Assembly (NCBI GenBank): GCA_951406725.2
Contig: OX597832.1
Location: 60,574,001-60,638,000, forward strand
DNA length: 64,000 bases
DNA from: Octopus vulgaris
Lineage: Eukaryota
Reading direction: 5' to 3'
The position numbers and the translations under genes are program-made. Shown here piece after piece: positions 55,972-64,000 of this stretch. The notes beneath the pieces were generated by a model that saw only the letters and a list, made by a program, of their open reading frames with translations, did no database searches and had not been told where the DNA came from. Position 1 is the first letter of the stretch, and each line of letters starts with the position of its first letter.

Positions 55972-56553
55972 TTAACTTGTTTACATTTAAACCAATCATA
56001 TTTCGCCCCAAAATTCAACCAGCTTTATGTTAAAACCTGCCAGATCCAGCCTGTCGCACCTACTCTACAATGTCATTCTAAAAATAGACTAACACACCAT
56101 TGAAATCCTGAAGCTTTGAGATGAAGCAGGATTAATTCAAAACAATGTGAAGAGATACAGCCCAATGGTTATGTGTTGCACTCTTGAGCACCAGATCATG
56201 GGTTTTCATATTGTTTTGCTCTGGCATTGTGTGGAGACTGGCATTTCAATGAACACACCTAATATTTCTTGTGTATCGGAAAAGGTGACTGAATGAGATT
56301 GAGCTAGGATTTGCACTCCGACCTCGTAAAACCTTAACCAGCATTGACTACCCAAAACAACCCATGAGTTGGAGGGCTGTCGCCTGATTGGTGCAAGGGC
56401 ATCATGCACCAGGAGTGGGAGGGAAACACCAACAAATGGTGGGTGCAGTGACATGCTGTTACAGCACGTTCCCCTCATGCAGCAATTTTTATTACTAACG
56501 TGAAGAAATAAAGCATTATAATTGACAGAGCAATCTGAATGCTGTAGGGTTAA
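55972..56553. mobile_element. Second-family MITE copy interrupted by a ~346-bp insert
   Basis: Ends ...AATCTGAATGCTGTAGGG|TTAA. The insert is flanked by a GTGAAGA duplication. Confidence 0.55.
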
Positions 56554-57611
56554 ACAAAGTAGCCAACCAGAAAATGTGGGGGTGATAGGAAGAGGAGCAA
56601 TGGTACCACAGGGAAATAAATGGTGGTGGTGGTGGTGATAGTGAGATAGTGATGCTGATGGTGGGGGGTAAAGAAAATATTTACAAATATGATATCAAGT
56701 ACAAGGAGAAAAAAAAAAATAATTACAGACATGATGAAGAAATTAATGCTACAAATAGCAGAGACCAGACAGTAAAAACATTCCAGAATCTCAAAAATTA
56801 ATGAAAAAAAAAAAAAATGATTGAGCTTGAGAGATGAAGAAAACAGAGAGTGAGAAGAGAGGTGAAACAATCTGAGAGAGAGGTTACCAGAGAGGGAGAA
56901 TGAGAAGATAAGAGTAATAGAATTGGAATGGGAATAATAGAATAGGACTACAATATAGTATAAGAATACTGAACAAGAATACAATATGTACATAGAATAT
57001 TAGAATACGATTGTAAACAAAGAATAAGAACATGGATAATAGAAGATCAGAATAATAGAATACAGAATATAATACAGAATCAGAATAGAATGCAGAATTA
57101 GAATAAAAGAATAAGAATATCCTGAACATCAACCAAATCTAACATGGAAGTAAAAACCTTGAATAAACATCTCTCGCTCTATGTAATTTGGAACCCAGAC
57201 AGTCCTGAATTATTAATTTATTTAAAGGATTTACAGTGAGTCTTGTGTTCTTATTTAACATTTGAATGGCGGGGTAGGTTTGAAATGTTAAGCACAGCTT
57301 TCTATAACTACACACATTGAAACTGAGTGGAGTATATAAGATATCATTCGAGCTGTAAAAATAGCAGCTAAATACCCACTCAAGTTACACTACCATTAAA
57401 CTCTATCATCCAACCTGGAAGACAGAGTTTGGTCCCATAAATGTATACAAAATGGGCTGTTAGACATTTCATAAAGGTAAGTAAAAAAGGATGAATGTCT
57501 AAGTGAACCTTGGTTACATAACAATTCTGTGATCCACTGCTCTCCAAGAAATAATGATTCCAAACTAAGCCACAAGGCCCATGCATTTTGTGAGAATTAA
57601 ACAAAGGGTAA

Positions 57612-57941
57612 AGAGCCCCTTCGGTCATGAAGGGCCATCGGATTCCACTTAGAAAGTTCCTCTCCAAGGAACAAGTCCAGGCAAGGTTGTTTATGGAAGG
57701 CCAGTAGTCACCCATACATACCAGCCTCCTCTCTCCATGCCACCGATGTTGTCCAAGGGAAAGGCAGAGGGGATGATATGGTTTGACACCAGTGATGTCG
57801 CAACTCATTTCTACAGTTGAATGAACTCGAACAACATGAAATAAAGTGTCTAAGAAACACAACACACAGCCTGGGCTGGGAATCAAACTCACTACATCAT
57901 GATTGTGAGCCTGTTGCTCTAACTACTGAGCCATGTGCCTT
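57612..57941 (-). mobile_element. SINE family D, full copy
   Basis: Colinear with 33376-33707. Confidence 0.75.
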
Positions 57942-58605
57942 CACTGAGAATAAAGTACAGCTGATGTAATCAACCCCAATATGTGACTGGTACTTGTTTA
58001 GCCCTTTCATTACTGTGTTTCCATAGAAACACAACACAAGTGTTTTAATTAAATTTGGATTTTGTAAAACAAATTGGATATTATTAAGATGATGTTTGAA
58101 ACACAAAATTTTCATAAAAGGTTTTAATTTAGCTCATATCTGTCCCAAATATTCTACCTGTTTTATGTTTAAACTGACCAGATTTGGCCTCTCACACTTA
58201 CCCTACAATGTCATTTCAAAATCAATAATCACATCAATGAAGTATCAAAGCTGCAAGCCAATGCAGGATTAATTTAAAACAAGCATTATGTCTGACAAGG
58301 GTCTCTGAATGCTAGAATTACAGCAGCAAGTTTGTCTTATAGAAACAGGGGTTGGTGTTAGTCAGGTTGATATCATATGGGTTAAATATACCATAATCTC
58401 TGCAGTTTCTGGGTGTTTTCTTTTGTTTTTTTTCGAAGGGTTTTGTGTGTGTGTGTGTATGTGAATTTGAATGTATATACCTTTTTCAGGAGGTGCATTT
58501 TTTTAAACCAACATTTCATTTAACATGTAAAAATGGTACACAAGAAAAACATAATCAAAGAAAAGGAAGGTTACAGAAATGAAATAATGAAATAGCAGGA
58601 CTTAC

Positions 58606-58794
58606 TTTTATCGAATCAAAGCAAGCTGTCACGCGTCCATTTTGTACTTCTACGTGAGAGGGCGGATGAGCAAATTTGCATTCTGTTTCGGAGCGTGTAC
58701 ATTTGTTTCTTTGGAACTCGCGGCAAACTTCCAGTGTCAGCCATCGCGAGTCTTTGACGTTAGCAAGATTAAGCATAGGGTTAACCATGGCCAT
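58606..58794 (-). CDS. mbl: Muscleblind-like protein, first coding exon (63 codons; CCCH ZnF1 and first residues of ZnF2)
   Basis: Translates to [63 protein letters not shown]. This contains the [10 protein letters not shown] signature and the C-x7-C-x6-C-x3-H finger of the Muscleblind family. It ends at a phase-0 donor AAA|GTAAGT (intron starts at 58605). The start ATG at 58794 is inferred; in-frame ATGs also occur at 58788 and 58776. Confidence 0.95.
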
Positions 58795-59815
58795 AACAAA
58801 TGGGTAATCTTCTTCACAGAAAGAAGTTTTGAAAGACTTCAGGGTGTGCGCGCAAGGGGAAAAAGGGGGTTTGTCGTATATTCGGATGAAAGAACGGTAA
58901 ACGGACAAAAAAGAGATAGAAAGAGACAGACAGGAAGAATGTGGTAGGTTTTAAAAAAAAATATTTGGACTGTCGGTTTAAAAATTTTTCAAATAAAAAT
59001 ATAATACAAAGAATAAAACGATGGACACACAGACACAAAGAAAATATGTTAAAGTCGACTGTAAATGGAATTACGATCCGAGATTTCCAGCAAATGGAAT
59101 ATTCTTTGAATTTTTCCTTTCTTTTTTTTTTTGATTGTGCTTTCAGAGAAGTATAAGATCAGCAGAGAAATAGGGGGTGTGTTGTTGACACGGAGGAGGA
59201 TGTGTGCATGTGTATGCTTGGGTGTATGTGTTTATGTATATGCATGTATGGGCTGTGATAATAAAACGGCTGCCAACAATGGATTAAAGAGTCTGTTTGG
59301 GGGAGGGGAGATATTTTTCTTCATATATATATATATATAAAAATCTCACAGCAACTGCACATTGGGGGTGAGGGGTGACGTTTTGGTAGAGGGGAGGGCA
59401 GGTATATTATATAATATATTTTCTAAAATATATATATATACATATATATATATGTATATATATATATACATATGTATATATATATATAAATATATATATG
59501 TATATATATATATATATTAATTTCGTTTCGTGTTGTTTTTTTTTTTCTTTTTTAATATTTACTTTTAAATATTTAATTAAAAATTATTTTCGTTTAGTAA
59601 AAAAAAAAAAAATAACACTGTTTCTTTTTCTTATTCACTTTGAATGATGTTTGGCATTGGCTTTTGTTTTTGTTGCTTTTTGTGGAAAGGAGAAATTTGT
59701 GGGGTTTTTGGGTTTTTTTTTTTACAAAAAATGGTAAAAATATTTGAAAATATCCAATTTCACACCAATTTATGGCATCCAGCAGTGTTTTTTCCTGAAC
59801 AAATTATGGTTGAAC
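58795..59815 (-). other. mbl: Putative 5'UTR part of the ATG-containing mbl exon
   Basis: Strong acceptor TATTTTATTTTATTTTCCAG|GTT at 59816/59815. A weaker alternative is TTCCATTTACAG|TC, which would start the exon at 59058. The region 58795-59200 has no ATG on the minus strand and retains CpGs. Confidence 0.5.
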
Positions 59816-59968
59816 CTGGAAAATAAAATAAAATAGAATATTTTGAGTAAATCTATTTATTATTAGCATCGATTAAGAAAAAATTAACAAAGATTCATAA
59901 TTTTACAAATGTCAAAGATGAAAATACCAAACGGTTACAGCTTAAAAACGAAGGAAAATGGAGTTAGT

Positions 59969-60358
59969 TTTACTCTTTTACTTGTTTCAGTCATTTGACT
60001 GCGGCCATGCTGGAGCACCGCCTTTAGTCGAGCAAATCGACCCCAGGACTTATTCTTTGTAAGCCTAGTACTTATTCTATCGGTCTTTTTTGCCGAACCG
60101 CTAAGTTATGGGGATGTAAACACACCAGCATCGGTTGTCAAGTGATGTTGGGGGTACAAACACAGACACACACACATATATATATATATATACATATATA
60201 CAAAGGGCTTCTTTCAGTTTCCGTCTACCAAATCCACTCACAAGGCTTTCGTCCACCCGAAGCTATAGTAGAAGACACTTGCCCAAGGTGCCACGCAGTG
60301 GGACTGAACCCAAAACCATGTAGTTGGTAAGCAAGCTACTTACCACACAGCTACTCCT
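59969..60358 (-). mobile_element. Full-length, well-preserved family A SINE just upstream of the mbl ATG exon
   Basis: Reverse complement of the 36319 copy with CpGs retained. Confidence 0.85.
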
Positions 60359-62013
60359 GGTTCTTGGAATATAAATTAATCTGAATTAATGTGGAAGGTT
60401 TTAATTTATATCAGTTTAAAACAAGAAGCTTGTATCAGAGAATCACCGTCTGTTTCAAGGATAGCTTTGGTATGAAAAGGGCTCAATTTTTGCTCCTGTC
60501 TCACTGCCTTGTATATAATCTTTGAGACAGACAAGAGCAGATTATATTAATTACAAAGACTGAGGCATTTAAAGGGGAATTTTATTTCATTGTATTTGAT
60601 TTATCCTGATACCAATACCGGGACGACGAAAGGGTAAGCTGACCTCGGAATTATTACTAATAATATTAAGAAAACCACTACTACTACTAATAATAATAAT
60701 CCATATGAAACAGACACAAAATATATATTTAAAAAAAACAAGCAGATACAAACTAATCACAACTTAAAACTTAATTAGTCAGTCATAAGTAATGTCAAAC
60801 GAGATCTGAGCTCATTGAGAGAGAGAGAGAGAGAGAGGGGGGGAGAGAGAATAGAGAGACTGAATGGAACAACAAAATAGATTATAATCATGTAAGCTAT
60901 CTGTTAAATGTGCTGAAATAGGTGTGGCCTGCAGTTTTATAGTTTGTCTCTTTTTTTTTCCTTTTAAATTTTTTTTTTGGGGGGGGGGGGTTATTGGTGT
61001 TTTGTTTTGGGTTATTTATATGTGGGTGGTGGAGGGAGTGCAGAGGGGGGGGAAATAAACAAAAATAGAGAGAAAGAGTGTGTGAAGGAAAATTAATTAA
61101 CTAGGACTGCCATTCTCAGCTGTATTTTTAACTGAATGTCATCAAGGAAAAAAAAGGAAAGAAAAATGTCAATATGTGTGTGTGTATGCATATATATATT
61201 TATAAACACATGCACACATGCATATACACACACACACACAAACATATACACACATGCACAAATATACATATATACACACACATGCACACATACTTATATA
61301 CATACATATACATACATACACACATACATGTATATGCACACATATGTATACGCGCACACACACCATCAGAAACATCTGTATATCCATTTGTATACACACA
61401 TGTACACATACATCTAAATATCTGTATACACACACACACTGTTGTATATTCATCCATCTTGAAACAAGACATACATCTCTCTACCTATCAATACATATAG
61501 ATCTGTATACATGCTTTGTGTGTGTGAGTGGAACAAAAACAATAGCCCAGCCAATAATTTCAGAAACCTCTCTGCCACCAAGCCCTCACCACCGCCATCC
61601 TTGCCCATCCCTCACAAAACAGCTCCTGTTTCATTTCCTTTCAATGTTGATGACACCAAATTCCTCATAACACCCAGCCATTCACTCATCTACCCACCAC
61701 CACCTACATTTACATTAGACACCACATCCACCACCACCACCACCAACAATAACAATTGTTACTACTCCAGCAACATTACTAAGCACCACCACTGCCACCA
61801 TCCAGCACATGCTAAATTAACCACTTTTTGTTAGTAGTGGTGGCGTTGATGGTGGTGTCAGACAAAGGCAGTGAGAGAAGGAATTCTCAAATGACAGTAG
61901 ATTTATTGACAACCAAATGGCCACTGTCCTACCCATGCCAGCATGGGACATGGACATTAAAGAAGAGACAGCAGCCTTCAACTCACTAAATATTTTTATA
62001 ACTTCTTGGAGTC

Positions 62014-62212
62014 TTTTACTCTTCTATTTGTTTCAGTCATTTGACTGCAGCCATGCTGGAGCACCGCCTTTAGTCGAGGACTTATTCTTTGTAAACATAG
62101 TACTTATTTTACCGGTCTCTTTTGCCGAACCGCTAGGTGACAGGGATGTAAACACACCAGCATCAGCTGCAAGCGATGTTGGGGGGACAAACACAGACAT
62201 ACAAACATATAT

Positions 62213-62262
<50 letters not shown>

Positions 62263-62403
62263 GACAGGCTTCTTTCAGTTTCCGTCTACCAAATCCACTC
62301 ACAAGGCTTTGGTCAGTCCGAGGCTATAGTAGAAGACACTTGCTGAAGGTGCCACACAGTGGGACTGAACCCCGTTACCATGTGGTTGGTAAGCAAGCTA
62401 CTT
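62014..62403 (-). mobile_element. Family A SINE
   Basis: Highly similar to 59969-60358. Confidence 0.8.
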
Positions 62404-63136
62404 GGAGTCGGTAAAACTATACCAACTCTGATTCCAACTCACAATGTCTTTATTCTTTAATATGAACCAGTTATAACATATAGGCCTACTCAAAGTACAA
62501 GCGTATGCATATGCTTTATGGGGTATGCAGACCACAATCATTTGATTACATAAAGAGGAGTCAGAGTCAGAGGTGCATCAAAGTTTCTTGTTTCGACTCC
62601 ACAGCCCTGCTTATAAGCCATCAAATATGGTTAATTCAATAACCAATGCCCGCATAAAAAAAAAAGACATAGGTATGGTAAAAACAGATAAGGCACCACA
62701 AGGTGGGATTGAACTTGCAACAAAGTTAAGTGCAAGTATAAAGATTTTTAAGCATGACACCACACCACAGGTGCCGACAGTAAGCTGCCTTTAATCCTTG
62801 AGCAGAAGGAGAAAATGAAAGGTGTGATTTGAAGAGGAGATAAATTGTTGAGCTAAGCAGCTTCCTGCTATGCTGGTAGCATTTGCTGGGTAGGGAAGGA
62901 GAGAGGGGAGGTCTGAGGGTATGGAGAAAGAAGTGGGACAGGAAGGGGAGGAGTAATGAGGGAAAAAGGAACCATTTAGGATCTACAGCAAATAGAATCT
63001 GATTAGTTTATAGCTGGCTTAGATCTAAAGAGATTCAGGAATTGCAAAGAAGCTACCTGTCTCTTGACATTATCCTTCCTGTTTCTCATTTAAAAGTGTA
63101 AGAATTGAAGACTTCTGAGGAAGGAAGAGAATCGCT

Positions 63137-63490
63137 GGCGAGGCTGTGTGATAAGAGGTTTGCATTGCAGCCACATGGTTGTGGGTTCAGTACCACACGG
63201 TGGTACCTTGGGTGTCTTCTACTCTAGCCTGGGGAATGGTGGGGTGGATTTGGTACATGGAAACTGAAAGAAGCCTCTTGTATATAAATATGTATATATG
63301 TTTGTGTGTTTTGTGTTTGTCTCCCACCACCACCACTATGACATGACAACCACTGTTGGCTTGTTTATGTCCCTATAACTTAGCGGTTGGGCAAGTGACC
63401 AAAAAAAAAAGGAAATACTGGGGTCAAATTGATTGACTAAACCCTTCAAGACAATGCGCCAGCATGGTCACAGTGCAAAGAGCGAAACAA
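63137..63490 (+). mobile_element. Degenerate family A-related SINE
   Basis: GGCTGTGTG...GGATTTGGTACATGGAAACTGAAAGAAGCC...TAACTTAGCGGTT. Confidence 0.65.
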
Positions 63491-63515
63491 ATGTGTGTGT
63501 GTATGTATGTGTGTG

Positions 63516-63551
<36 letters not shown>

Positions 63552-63795
63552 CAAACACACACACATTACATTTACAAACACATACTCATTACATACATAC
63601 ATACATACAAACATACACACACACACACACCATCATTCAGTCAGCTGTAGATTTCAAGGGCAATTGTTACTTTGCAGTTGGCAGAAGCAACAAGTACCTT
63701 GCTCAAGTACCTGGTCTTGGAATCAAACACCCATCCTTCTAATTGTGAGCCACACAGTTTAATAACTAAGGTCAGTGTAATCTTCATATACTTAA

Positions 63796-64000
63796 CCCTC
63801 TTGATACTAACCCGGCCAAAACTGGCTCTGGCTCTGTAGTACAAATGTCTTGTTTTCATAAGTGTTTCATTAAAATATACCACTAAACCTTAGTCTTAAT
63901 TTATGATCCTAACAGTAGCTGAATGATAAGTAAGGTATTTTACTAAATTCTTTGTTATATTTACAATTAATTGAAAGAAATATAGAGCATCTCAAAATGA
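63796..64000. mobile_element. Second copy of the 49008 piggyBac-type MITE (cut by window end)
   Basis: TTAA|CCCTCTTGATAC, colinear with 49008-49215. Confidence 0.8.

Larger units (their letters stand above)
5058..58605 (-). other. mbl: 53,548-bp GT-AG intron of mbl interrupting zinc finger 2
   Basis: Canonical GTAAGT donor and YnCAG acceptor. The phase-0 join rebuilds the conserved ZnF2, and no other convincing coding exon was seen inside. Confidence 0.85.

Noticed and set aside
57380-57892. 170-aa ORF
   Set aside because: It runs mostly through a family D SINE and has no recognisable domain.
58555-58605. Read-through C-terminus [16 protein letters not shown] (and VSINEISS... at 4791-4880)
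   Set aside because: Both lie beyond perfect GTAAGT donors and are intronic unless intron retention is shown.
58795-58908. N-terminal extension of Mbl (MSVYRSF...) in the ORF track
   Set aside because: It starts at TTG under a prokaryotic-style ORF call; family similarity begins at MAMVN.

Overview
This is AT-rich, microsatellite-saturated eukaryotic DNA. The SINE repertoire suggests an octopus or other coleoid cephalopod (inference). The only convincing protein-coding gene is a muscleblind (mbl/MBNL) CCCH zinc-finger RNA-binding gene on the minus strand. Its first coding exon (58606-58794) splices in phase 0 across a 53.5-kb GT-AG intron (5058-58605) to the next exon (4881-5057), and the gene probably continues past position 1. 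The intron and flanks hold several SINE families in both orientations, piggyBac-type TTAA MITEs, a non-autonomous Helitron, LINE remnants and simple repeats. Nearly all other ORFs in the track are repeat artefacts. The main leads are: (1) a circMbl-like architecture, with the ATG exon flanked by inverted SINEs and a predicted stop just after the back-splice junction; (2) a fixed-spacing tripartite motif present twice in a CpG-retaining intronic domain; (3) a SINE-derived ~58-bp fold-back hairpin; (4) a hammerhead-like motif in the mbl sense orientation; and (5) candidate micro-, terminal and recursive exons. Repeat boundaries were placed by eye and are approximate.
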